NCBI RefSeq assembly: GCF_031412795.1 | Contig: NZ_JANODR010000017.1 | Span: 64,001-128,000, forward strand | DNA length: 64,000 nt | Direction: 5' to 3' | Source: Archangium sp. | GTDB taxonomy: Bacteria > Myxococcota > Myxococcia > Myxococcales > Myxococcaceae | In this document: piece after piece, positions 17,523 through 26,224 of the stretch | How positions within the stretch are numbered: the stretch's first letter is position 1 | Layout of the letters: the number at the start of each line of letters is the position of its first letter | Position numbers and translations under genes: made by a program | The notes under the pieces: generated by a model | Databases searched by the model: none | Seen by the model: the letters and a program-made list of their open reading frames with translations, nothing else | Told to the model about the DNA's origin: nothing

Positions 17523-19154
17523 GTGGGCTGCCTGCTCACCATCTCCAAGGGGCTGCAGCAGGGGAGGGAGTACACCTTCGAGCAGCCCGAGCTGCACATC
17601 GGGCGCACCCCGGAGAACGACCTGGTGCTCCAGGATACCGGGGTGTCGCGCCAGCACGTGCGCATCTCGGAGCGCATGGGGCGCTACTACGCCCAGGACA
17701 TGGGCAGCTCCAATGGCACCCGGCTCAACGACGCGCCCCTCATCGGGGAGCGCGCGCTGAATGACGGGGACCGGCTCGCGTTGGGCGCCGCGGAGCTCGT
17801 CTTCAAGGAAGTGGTGAGCGACGAGGACGCCACCCGGCCCATGATGACGGTGAGCCCGGTGGTCGAAGACGACGCCACCCGCCCCATCAAGACGATGCGC
17901 CCGGTGGTACCGGTGGAAGAAGACGACGCCACCCGCCCCATCCGACGCAACCCCACTGGCGTCTCCTCGCTCGCGGCGGTGGAGCCCTCGGGCCCCCCGG
18001 TCCTGCACCCCGTGGACAAGGCTCCGGCTTCCGGCGGAGCGGGGGGCGCCCGCAGGGCGACGATGGGGCAGATGCCGCTCCCGCCGCCAGTGCCCCCTCC
18101 CGCGGCCCTGGCCCGGCCCGAGCCTCGCGCTCCCGCCCTCGTCGATGACGAGGCCCCCACGACGGCTCCCGTTGGCAAGTCCGAGTCCGCTCCCGCGTCC
18201 CCGGGCCTGTCCGCCGCGGACAAGGCCCGGCGTCGGCGCGAGCGGGGCGCCACGCTCGCGGGCCAGTTCTCGCTCTGGTGGTCCGAGCTGTCCGGAGCGG
18301 GGAAGGGCGTGCTGCTCGCCCTGGCGTGCTGCTTCGTGCTGGGCACGGCGGTGGCGCTCGAGGTCGTCTTCCGCCCCTCGGCGGGCGAGCAGGCGACCAC
18401 GGGTCCAGAGCCCACGGTGCTGGGCCTCCAGGTGGTGCCGGACTCGTTCGGCCTGGGCAACGACGTGAAGTGGTCCCAGCCGGACCTGAAGACCTTCGAC
18501 TTCGAGTTCGTCTCGCCCACCCGCGCCGTGGTGGTGGTGCGCTACCAGGCCAGCGGCATCTCCAAGGACGAGGTCTCCGTCTCCATCAACGCGGTGCCCG
18601 TGGGCTTCATCCCCGCCGACACCATCAATGCCTCGGAGCGGGAGGTGCAGCAGATCCTCTCTCCGGCTGTGCTCAAACGAAATGAGCGCAACCAGCTCGT
18701 CTTCGACAACGTGCACAACCCCCCCGGCCGTAACGGCTGGCGGGTGTGGAACCTGAAGCTGGAGATCATCCCCGTGCCGGAGCTGCCTCCGGAGAAGCTG
18801 CTGGAGACCGCGCGCGACTACGCGGCCCAGGCCCGCGCGTACTACGATCAGCGCGAGGTGGGTGCCGAGAACCTCTTCCGCTCCTGGGAGAGCTTCCGCT
18901 CGGCGTGGATCACCCTGGAGGCCCTGGACGAGAAGCCGGACCTCTACCAGGATGTGCGCTACATGCTGGGCCAGGTGGCGGTGGACCTGGACCACAAGTG
19001 CGGGCAGTTGATGCTGGATTTCAAACGGAACATCCAGTTCAAGGACAGGAAGCGGGCAGCCGCGGCACTGGCCAACGTCAAGACGCACTTCCCTACAGCG
19101 GCGCATCGCTGCCACAATCTGGCGGTCGAAAAAGCCAACGAGTACGGGCTGTAA
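17523..19154 (+). CDS. FHA-domain bitopic membrane protein with DDATRP repeats and ~280-aa C-terminal domain of unknown function
   Basis: N-terminal FHA domain (LHIGRTPENDLVLQDTGVSRQHVRI...SSNGTRLN). TM VLLALACCFVLGTAVALEVVF. The GTG start lies 7 nt after the tadC stop. Confidence 0.75.
   Translation: MGCLLTISKGLQQGREYTFEQPELHIGRTPENDLVLQDTGVSRQHVRISERMGRYYAQDMGSSNGTRLNDAPLIGERALNDGDRLALGAAELVFKEVVSDEDATRPMMTVSPVVEDDATRPIKTMRPVVPVEEDDATRPIRRNPTGVSSLAAVEPSGPPVLHPVDKAPASGGAGGARRATMGQMPLPPPVPPPAALARPEPRAPALVDDEAPTTAPVGKSESAPASPGLSAADKARRRRERGATLAGQFSLWWSELSGAGKGVLLALACCFVLGTAVALEVVFRPSAGEQATTGPEPTVLGLQVVPDSFGLGNDVKWSQPDLKTFDFEFVSPTRAVVVVRYQASGISKDEVSVSINAVPVGFIPADTINASEREVQQILSPAVLKRNERNQLVFDNVHNPPGRNGWRVWNLKLEIIPVPELPPEKLLETARDYAAQARAYYDQREVGAENLFRSWESFRSAWITLEALDEKPDLYQDVRYMLGQVAVDLDHKCGQLMLDFKRNIQFKDRKRAAAALANVKTHFPTAAHRCHNLAVEKANEYGL
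17820..17948 (+). repeat. Three tandem coding repeats D(E/D)DATRP(M/I)xT(V/M)xPVV inside the FHA protein gene
   Basis: gacga(g/c)gacgccacccg(g/c)ccc recurs three times at about 45-nt spacing. Confidence 0.6.
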
Positions 19155-19192
19155 GGTCCGGGCTCGAGCACGAAATGAAGTGGTGATCTGCC

Positions 19193-21007
19193 ATGTCGAA
19201 CGGTTCTCCCCCCACCCGTCGTCGCCCGACCTCGACCAACAGCTCGGCCGCGGGTTCCACCGACCCGCGCCCCGCGGTGCGCAAGACGGCCGCCGCGCCG
19301 GCCGTTCGGGAGCCTGTCCCGGTGCTGGGCACCAAGCTGGTGGTGTCCGCCGGCCCTCAAGCCGGTGCGGAGTTCGGGCTGGAGGATGGCGAGTACGTCA
19401 TCGGTCGCGCCAACGACAACCCCATCTGCATCCCGGACACCTCGGTGTCGCGCAAGCACGTGCTGGTGCGCCGCGTGGGCGGGGGCTGGGCGGCCAGCGA
19501 CCTGGGCTCCGGCAACGGCACCCTCATCAACGGCGAGCCCATCACCGATGAGGTGCCGCTGTCCCACGGCGACGTGCTCACGCTGGGCGACACGGAGGTG
19601 ACGTTCAACGACACCTCCAACGCCACGATGATGATGCCGATGCCCTCGGCGCCTCCGTCGCGTCCGGCCCGGGGTGGCTCGCGTCCCTCCGCTCCCGCCG
19701 CCGCTGCCGCTGCTCCCGCCGAGGCCGAGGAGGGGGGCGAGGCCGGTGGTGCTCCGCGTCGTCCGCCGCCCCGTCCCGAGTCCCGCGTGCGCCCGGGTCG
19801 TGGGGGTCGCGGTGCCGCCGCGCCGGATCCGGCGGCGCAGCAGCGCAAGAAGCGCCTGCTCATCCTCACCGCGGCCGTCTTCGTGATGCTCGTGGGCCTG
19901 CTGGCCATCATCAAGTCCAAGCAGCAGGAGGAGGCCGCGGCCCAGCTCGCCGCGGCGAAGGTCGCCCAGGAAGCGCGTGCTCAGCTCGCCGCCCTCTTCC
20001 AGGACGCCAAGAACCTCATCCGCGAGAACAAGTGGAAGGACGCCAAGGCGAAGCTGCTGGAGCTCCAGGAGGCCGATCCCGAGTACGTGCAGCTCGAGGA
20101 CTACCTGGCGCGCGTGGACAAGGAGATTCCCAACCAGGATGCGCTCGACGAGGCCAAGGCGGCGCTGGACAAGAACCAGCTCGGCCCGGCGGCGTCCGCG
20201 GTCAACAAGGTGGCCAAGGACACCCAGCTCTTCGAGCAGGTGCGCCTCGTGAAGCTGGGCCTCAAGGAGAAGGCCGACAAGCGCGTGCGGGAGGCCCAGG
20301 CGCTGATGGATCAGAAGCAGCTGGATCAGGCCAAGCTCGTCGTGGATGACGTGCTCGTCGCCGACCCCGAGCACCGCGATGGCAAGGTCATCTCCGAGCA
20401 GGTCAATGCCGCCATCGAGCTGCGTGATCGGCCCGCGCCCGTGGACCGCGGGCCCGCGCCCGTCCATCCGTGGGATCAGGCCGTGGACCGCTTCCGGGAT
20501 GGAGATCTCCAGGGCGCGGTGGCCATCGTCAACGCCTGCGCGGGCAAGAAGCCGCAGTGCAAGACGCTCATGGGCCAGATGACGGACTTCGGCAACCTCT
20601 ACAAGAAGCTGGAGGACCTGGACGCCAAGGGCCTGGGGCGGCTGCTGGACCTGGACAAGAAGATCACCAACGGTCGCGGTAGCAGCAAGATGGCGCGCAA
20701 CGCCGGAACGCGTGCCTCCAACATCTTCTTCCGCAGCGCCTCGGCGGCCAAGGCGTCCGGCCAGTACGGGCGCGCCATGGAGAACGCCCAGCGCGCCCTC
20801 CAGGCGGACCCCAGCCACGTCGGCGCCAACAACATCGCCAACGAGCTGCGGCAGAAGGCCAAGGACATCTACCTCCAGGCCTACACCATCCGCGAGAGCG
20901 ATCCCCAGGACGCCCTGCCCAAGTTCCGCGAGGCCATGAGCATGACCACGCCGGAGGACGAGACGTACCAGAAGGCCAAGTCGTGGATCGAGAAGCTCGA
21001 GCGATGA
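19193..21007 (+). CDS. FHA-domain bitopic membrane protein with Pro/Ala-rich linker and long helical/TPR-like C-terminal domain
   Basis: FHA domain (YVIGRANDNPICIPDTSVSRKHVLV...GSGNGTLINGEPI). TM LLILTAAVFVMLVGLLAII. The C-terminus is rich in helical repeats. Confidence 0.75.
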   Translation: MSNGSPPTRRRPTSTNSSAAGSTDPRPAVRKTAAAPAVREPVPVLGTKLVVSAGPQAGAEFGLEDGEYVIGRANDNPICIPDTSVSRKHVLVRRVGGGWAASDLGSGNGTLINGEPITDEVPLSHGDVLTLGDTEVTFNDTSNATMMMPMPSAPPSRPARGGSRPSAPAAAAAAPAEAEEGGEAGGAPRRPPPRPESRVRPGRGGRGAAAPDPAAQQRKKRLLILTAAVFVMLVGLLAIIKSKQQEEAAAQLAAAKVAQEARAQLAALFQDAKNLIRENKWKDAKAKLLELQEADPEYVQLEDYLARVDKEIPNQDALDEAKAALDKNQLGPAASAVNKVAKDTQLFEQVRLVKLGLKEKADKRVREAQALMDQKQLDQAKLVVDDVLVADPEHRDGKVISEQVNAAIELRDRPAPVDRGPAPVHPWDQAVDRFRDGDLQGAVAIVNACAGKKPQCKTLMGQMTDFGNLYKKLEDLDAKGLGRLLDLDKKITNGRGSSKMARNAGTRASNIFFRSASAAKASGQYGRAMENAQRALQADPSHVGANNIANELRQKAKDIYLQAYTIRESDPQDALPKFREAMSMTTPEDETYQKAKSWIEKLER

Positions 21008-22722
21008 AGAAGCGGCGAGGCACGGGAGAGGCCCCGCCGGCACCTCCCGCCGGACAGGGAGACCTCTTCGGCGGTGTGCTCAAGGTCGTGGCGGCCTCGA
21101 AGCCGCCGCCCGAGCCTCCTCCCGCGCCGGCGCCACCCCCGGCCCCCTCGGAGCTGAAGGACGTCTCCGGGGCCCTGCCGTCGCTGCCCGGCGCCCCCCC
21201 GCGCACGGCGCCCACGCGCACGGTGCTCACCGTGGGCGAGCTCACGCAGCAGCTCAAGCAGACGATTGAGTCCCGCTTCCCGCGCGTGCTGGTGCGCGGC
21301 GAGGTGTCCGGCTTCCGCGGCGCCAACGCGCGCGGCCACCTGTACTTCACGCTCAAGGACGCGGAGGCCTCGCTCGACGTGAAGATGTGGGCCTCGCAGG
21401 CGGCGCGGCTGCGCTTCCAGCTGCGCGATGGCCTGGCCCTGGTGGCCGAGGGCAGCGTGGACGTGTACTCGCCCGCCGGCCGCTACAGCCTCATCGCCCA
21501 CCGGCTGGAGCCGGAAGGGGAGGGGGCGCTGGCCCTCGCCTTCGAGCAGCTCAAGGAGCGGCTCGCCGCCGAGGGCCTCATTGGCGACAACCGCGTCCGC
21601 CCGCCACGCCCGCTGCCCTCACTGCCCCGGCGCATCGGCGTGGTGACGAGCCGCACCGGCGCGGCCCTCCAGGACTTCCTGCGCGTGTTGCACTCGCGCC
21701 ACCCGCGCCTGTCCGTGCTGCTGTGCGACGCGCGCGTGCAGGGCGAGGGCTCCGCCGAGGAAGTGGCTCGCGGGATCGAACGCCTGTCGCGCACGGACGT
21801 GGATGTCATCGTCGTCACCCGTGGCGGTGGCTCGAAGGAAGACCTCTGGACGTTCAACGAGGAGCGGGTGGCGCGCGCCATCTTCGCCTGCCCGGTGCCG
21901 GTGGTGTCCGCCATCGGTCATGAGATCGACTTCACCATCTCGGACTTCGTGGCGGACTGGCGCGCCGCCACCCCGAGCGCCGCGGCGGAGCGGCTGGCCC
22001 CCGTGCTCCAAGATTTGGAGTACGACCTGGCCACCCAGAAGGTGCGCCTGCGCAAGGCCATCGAGCACCAGGTGCTGGAGCTGCGCGAGGAGCTGAACTC
22101 CCTCGGTGGAGAGCTGGAGGATCCGCGGCGGCGGCTGTCCACGGAGCGGCTGCGGCTGTCGGATGCCGAGGACGCGATGACGCGCGTGCTGCGTCAGGTG
22201 CTGCGCGAGCGGCGCGAGCAGCTCAAGGCGCACGCCGAGCACCTCCAGCGCCAGCGTCCCCAGGTCCGGCTGGCCGAGCAGCGGGCGCGGCTGGTGCAGC
22301 TCTCCAGCCGGCTCAAGGACGCGATGCGCGCGGACGTAGCGGCCCGGCGAGCCAAGGCGGCCCAGGCCCAGCTGGGGCTGGAGCGTGTCTCCCCGGCGGC
22401 CCGGGTGGCGGAGCTGCGCGCCCGACTGGCCGACCGGAAGGCCCGGCTGGTCGCCCGGCAGAAGGACATCCTGGCGTCCGCCCAGCGACACTTCCAGGGG
22501 CTAGAAGGGCGGCTGGACGCCTTGAGTCCCCTCAAGGTGATGTCCCGTGGCTACGCCGTCACCTTCCGCAAGCAGGACGGGGGCGTGGTGCGCTCCATCT
22601 CCGACGTGAAGCCCGGCGAGGTGCTCGGCATCAAGTTCGCCAGCAACGGGGCGAAGTCCCTCCAGGGATGCGAGGAGATCGAGGCCACTGTTACCGCCGT
22701 GAAGGGACCGGTGGATTGCTGA
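21004..22722 (+). CDS. xseA: Exodeoxyribonuclease VII large subunit
   Basis: OB-fold N-terminus and catalytic core (VVTSRTGAALQDFLRVL, VIVVTRGGGSKEDLWTFNEE, SAIGHEIDFTISDFVAD). ATG 21004 overlaps the TGA of the FHA gene (ATGA). Confidence 0.85.
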   Translation: MKKRRGTGEAPPAPPAGQGDLFGGVLKVVAASKPPPEPPPAPAPPPAPSELKDVSGALPSLPGAPPRTAPTRTVLTVGELTQQLKQTIESRFPRVLVRGEVSGFRGANARGHLYFTLKDAEASLDVKMWASQAARLRFQLRDGLALVAEGSVDVYSPAGRYSLIAHRLEPEGEGALALAFEQLKERLAAEGLIGDNRVRPPRPLPSLPRRIGVVTSRTGAALQDFLRVLHSRHPRLSVLLCDARVQGEGSAEEVARGIERLSRTDVDVIVVTRGGGSKEDLWTFNEERVARAIFACPVPVVSAIGHEIDFTISDFVADWRAATPSAAAERLAPVLQDLEYDLATQKVRLRKAIEHQVLELREELNSLGGELEDPRRRLSTERLRLSDAEDAMTRVLRQVLRERREQLKAHAEHLQRQRPQVRLAEQRARLVQLSSRLKDAMRADVAARRAKAAQAQLGLERVSPAARVAELRARLADRKARLVARQKDILASAQRHFQGLEGRLDALSPLKVMSRGYAVTFRKQDGGVVRSISDVKPGEVLGIKFASNGAKSLQGCEEIEATVTAVKGPVDC

Positions 22723-22805
22723 CGTCCGGGTGCACGTCCCCCTGGCACCCAGGCCCGCCACTCCTCTAGAGTCCCCCGGCTTTTTCTCGTCGAGGTGGAC
22801 CGGAA

Positions 22806-23159
22806 GTGGCGAAGGACAGCAAGGGCAAGGCGGCGGAGGAGGTCCCCGAGCAGTACGGGGACGTGGTGCAGCGTCTGGAGGACGTGGTGGCGCGGCTGGA
22901 GGGCGGCACCCTGACACTCGAGGAGTCACTCAAGTCATTCGAGGAGGGCATCAAGCTGGTGCGCCGGGGCGAGCAGCTCCTCAACACGGCGGAAAAGCGC
23001 ATCGAGGAACTGTTGAACGAAGACGGTCGGGACGTGGTGGTGCCACTGCAGACGGGCGTGAAAGCCCCGACGGTGCCCTCCGTTCCGGCTCCGACCGCTC
23101 GGGGGAGCTCGGGTTCGTCTCGCACCACACCTCCCCCCGAGGATGACGTGCCGTTCTAG
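22806..23159 (+). CDS. xseB: Exodeoxyribonuclease VII small subunit with Pro/Ser-rich C-terminal extension
   Basis: YGDVVQRLEDVVARLEGGTLTLEESLKSFEEGIKLVRRGEQLL is the XseB helical hairpin. GTG start. Confidence 0.7.
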   Translation: MAKDSKGKAAEEVPEQYGDVVQRLEDVVARLEGGTLTLEESLKSFEEGIKLVRRGEQLLNTAEKRIEELLNEDGRDVVVPLQTGVKAPTVPSVPAPTARGSSGSSRTTPPPEDDVPF

Positions 23160-23188
23160 CTCCTCGTGAGTAGACCTGCCGGTGCACC

Positions 23189-23578
23189 ATGCCGAAGCCC
23201 AAGGTCACCATCGTCGACGACGACCGCGATACCCGCGAGATGCTCTCTTTCGCCCTGGAGTCGGACGGGTTCGAGGTCAACGCCGCGGCCAACGGGCTGC
23301 GGTTGATCTCCTCCCTGCAGCTCCAGCGGCCGGACGTCATCCTCATGGACGTGAACATGTCCTGGATCGACGGTTTCGAACTGTGCAAGGCGGTGAAGAA
23401 GAACGAGCAGTTCCGAGACATCCCCGTCATCTTCATCAGTGGACGCGGAGATGCCGAGGACAGGCGGCGCGGGCTGGAGGCCGGCGCCGCGGACTATCTA
23501 GTGAAGCCGTTGGATCTCACCGCGCTCATCGAGCGTCTGCGAGAGCTGATTCCATCGGCCGCATCCGAGGTACCCTGA
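23189..23578 (+). CDS. Single-domain response regulator (CheY-like receiver)
   Basis: VTIVDDDRDTREM..., phospho-acceptor context ILMDVNMSWIDG, GADDYLVKP-like (AADYLVKP). Confidence 0.85.
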   Translation: MPKPKVTIVDDDRDTREMLSFALESDGFEVNAAANGLRLISSLQLQRPDVILMDVNMSWIDGFELCKAVKKNEQFRDIPVIFISGRGDAEDRRRGLEAGAADYLVKPLDLTALIERLRELIPSAASEVP

Positions 23579-23579
23579 C

Positions 23580-24470
23580 ATGGCGTCTTTCGATCTCGAG
23601 TCGTACCTGCGGACCCAGGTGGAGCGCGTGGAGGGCCTGCTGCGCTCGCGCTCCGATGAGCTGGGCACGGGCGTGCCGCCGCGCCTCTTCGAGTCCATGC
23701 GCTACTCGCTGCTGGCCGGTGGCAAGCGGCTGAGGCCAGTGCTGTGCCTGGCCTTCGGCGAGGCCGTGCTGCGCCAGAGCAGTGTCCCCCGCGTGGTGGA
23801 GGACTGCGCGTGCGCGCTCGAGTTCATCCACACCTACTCGCTCATCCATGACGACCTGCCGGCCATGGACGACGACGACATGCGCCGTGGACGGCCCACC
23901 AACCACAAGGTGTACGGCGAGGCCATGGCCATTCTGGCCGGTGACTCGCTGCTCACGGACGCCTTCGCCCTGGTGGCCGGAGGCCCGGAGCCGGTGCGCG
24001 GCATGCTCTGCCGGGAGCTGGCCGTGGCCTCGGGCTCGGCGGGCATGGTGGGGGGCCAGGTGTTGGACATCGCCGAGGACCGTCCGGCCCAGATTGACTA
24101 CCTCACGCGCATGCACCGCCTGAAGACGGGCGCCCTCATCCGCGCCGCGTGCCGCATGGGCGTCATCGCCGCCGGTGGGGACGCGGACGCGCTGGCCCGC
24201 GCGGACACCTACGGGGACGCGGTGGGGCTGGCCTTCCAGATTGCCGACGACGTGCTGGACGTGACGGGGGATGCCTCCGCCATGGGCAAGGCCGTGGGCG
24301 CGGACGCCGCCGCCGGACGCTTCACCTTCCCTGCGGTGCTGGGACTGGAGGAGTCCAAGCAGCTCGCGGCGCGCAAGGTGGCCGAGGCCATCGACGCCGT
24401 GAAGACGTTGGAGCCGAAGGACGGCCCGCTGGCGGCGCTCGCGCGCTACTCGGTGGAGCGCCGCTCGTGA
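23580..24470 (+). CDS. ispA: Polyprenyl (farnesyl/geranyl) diphosphate synthase
   Basis: First and second Asp-rich motifs LIHDDLPAMDDDDMRRG and FQIADDVLD. Confidence 0.85.
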   Translation: MASFDLESYLRTQVERVEGLLRSRSDELGTGVPPRLFESMRYSLLAGGKRLRPVLCLAFGEAVLRQSSVPRVVEDCACALEFIHTYSLIHDDLPAMDDDDMRRGRPTNHKVYGEAMAILAGDSLLTDAFALVAGGPEPVRGMLCRELAVASGSAGMVGGQVLDIAEDRPAQIDYLTRMHRLKTGALIRAACRMGVIAAGGDADALARADTYGDAVGLAFQIADDVLDVTGDASAMGKAVGADAAAGRFTFPAVLGLEESKQLAARKVAEAIDAVKTLEPKDGPLAALARYSVERRS

Positions 24471-26224
24471 TGGAGCGGCTCCTGCCGCGCATCCAATCTC
24501 CCGGCGACGTCCGGGCGCTTCCGGAGTCAGAGCTGCCTCGCCTGTGCGAGGAGCTGCGTGAGGACATCGTCTCCCTGTGTGGCCGCGTGGGCGGCCACCT
24601 GGGGGCCTCGCTGGGCGTGGTGGAGCTCGTCGTCGCCCTGCACCGCGTCTTCCACTCGCCCCAGGACGCACTCGTCTTCGACGTGGGGCACCAGGCCTAC
24701 GCGCACAAGCTGCTGACGGGCCGGCGCGAGCGCATGGGCACGCTGCGTCAGGCGGGCGGTGTGGCGCCCTTCCTGGATCCCCGCGAGAGCCCTCACGACG
24801 CGCTGGCCGCGGGCCATGCGAGCACCGCCGTCTCCGCGGCGCTGGGCATGCTCCAGGGCAAGCGGCTGCTCGGGCAGCCCGGGCACGTGGTGGCGGTGGT
24901 AGGGGATGGGGCGCTCACGGGTGGGCTCACCTTCGAGGGCCTCAACAACACCGGGGGCATGCACCTGCCGCTGGTGGTGGTGCTCAACGACAACCAGATG
25001 TCCATCTCCGCCAACGTGGGCGCCATCCCCGCGTTGCTGCGCACGCACGAGGCCCGTGCCTTCTTCGAGGCGCTGGGCTTCACCTACCTGGGGCCGGTGG
25101 AGGGGCATGACCTCGGGGCAATAACCCGGGCGTTGCGCGAGGCCCGCGCCTCCTCGCGCCCGGTGGTGGTGCACGCGCTGACGCAGAAGGGCAGGGGCTT
25201 TCCCCCGGCCGAGGCGGACATTCAGACGCGCGGCCACGCCATGGGGCCCTACGAGTGGCGGGACGGCAAGCTGGTGCGCTCGCGCGGAGGCCAGCGCACC
25301 TTCAGCGAGGCCTTCGCGGCCGTGCTGGATGACGCCATGGCCCGGGACTCGCGCGTGGTGGCGGTGACGCCGGCCATGCTGGAGGGCTCGGCGCTGGTGG
25401 GCCTCGAGCTGCGCTACCCCGAGCGCGTCTTCGACGTGGGCATCGCCGAGTCTCACGCCGTCACCTTCTGCGCGGGACTGGCCGCCGCGGGGCTGCGGCC
25501 CGTGTGCTCCATCTACTCCACCTTCCTCCAGCGCGCGTATGACCAGGTCATCCACGACGTGTGCCTGCCGGGCCTGCCGGTGATGTTCGCCGTGGACCGG
25601 GCCGGACTGGTGGGCGCGGACGGCGCCACGCACCAGGGCACCTATGACGTGGCCTCGCTGCGCCCCGTGCCGGGCCTCACGATGATGGCCCCGGTGGTGG
25701 GGGAGGACCTCCCGGCGATGTTCGCCACCGCCCTGGCGCTGCCGGGGCCCTCGCTCCTTCGCTTCCCTCGCGGCACCCTGCCGACGATGCCCGCCGAGCT
25801 GCACCCGGGCCAGGGTCCGGTGAAGGGGGCCCGCTGGTTGAAGCGCGCGGAGCAGGCGCGGATGTGCTTCATCACCCTCGGGCCGCTGGCGCTCAATGCC
25901 CTGGAGGCCGCTGCCTCGGAGCCGGACTGGAGCGTGCTGGACGCGCGCTTCGTGTCCCCGCTCGACGAGGTCGCGGTGTTGGAGGCCGCCGCGTGCGGGC
26001 GCGTGGTGGTGGTGGAGGAGGGGACGACGCATGGCGGGCTGGGCAGCGCGGTGCTGGAGCTGCTCGCCGCGCGGGGGGTGAGTGCCCGCGTGAGGCTGCT
26101 GGGCATGCCGGACACCTTCGTGCCCCACGGGGACGCGCGCGTGCAGCGGGCCGAGCTGGGCCTGGATGCCGCGGGCCTGCGGCGGACCGCCCGGGCCCTG
26201 CTCTCCGAGGGAGGGGCACCGTGA
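24470..26224 (+). CDS. dxs: 1-deoxy-D-xylulose-5-phosphate synthase
   Basis: DVGHQAYAHKLLTGRR, thiamine-diphosphate-binding GDGALTGG..NDN, transketolase-like C-terminus. The ATG overlaps the ispA stop by 1 nt. The upstream part of the 691-aa ORF in the track is rejected. Confidence 0.9.
   Translation: MERLLPRIQSPGDVRALPESELPRLCEELREDIVSLCGRVGGHLGASLGVVELVVALHRVFHSPQDALVFDVGHQAYAHKLLTGRRERMGTLRQAGGVAPFLDPRESPHDALAAGHASTAVSAALGMLQGKRLLGQPGHVVAVVGDGALTGGLTFEGLNNTGGMHLPLVVVLNDNQMSISANVGAIPALLRTHEARAFFEALGFTYLGPVEGHDLGAITRALREARASSRPVVVHALTQKGRGFPPAEADIQTRGHAMGPYEWRDGKLVRSRGGQRTFSEAFAAVLDDAMARDSRVVAVTPAMLEGSALVGLELRYPERVFDVGIAESHAVTFCAGLAAAGLRPVCSIYSTFLQRAYDQVIHDVCLPGLPVMFAVDRAGLVGADGATHQGTYDVASLRPVPGLTMMAPVVGEDLPAMFATALALPGPSLLRFPRGTLPTMPAELHPGQGPVKGARWLKRAEQARMCFITLGPLALNALEAAASEPDWSVLDARFVSPLDEVAVLEAAACGRVVVVEEGTTHGGLGSAVLELLAARGVSARVRLLGMPDTFVPHGDARVQRAELGLDAAGLRRTARALLSEGGAP

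Noticed and set aside
24149-26224. 691-aa extended dxs ORF starting at 24149
   Set aside because: The N-terminal 107 codons overlap the 3' end of ispA in another frame and are Arg/Gly junk. DXS homology begins at MERLLPRIQSP (ATG 24470).
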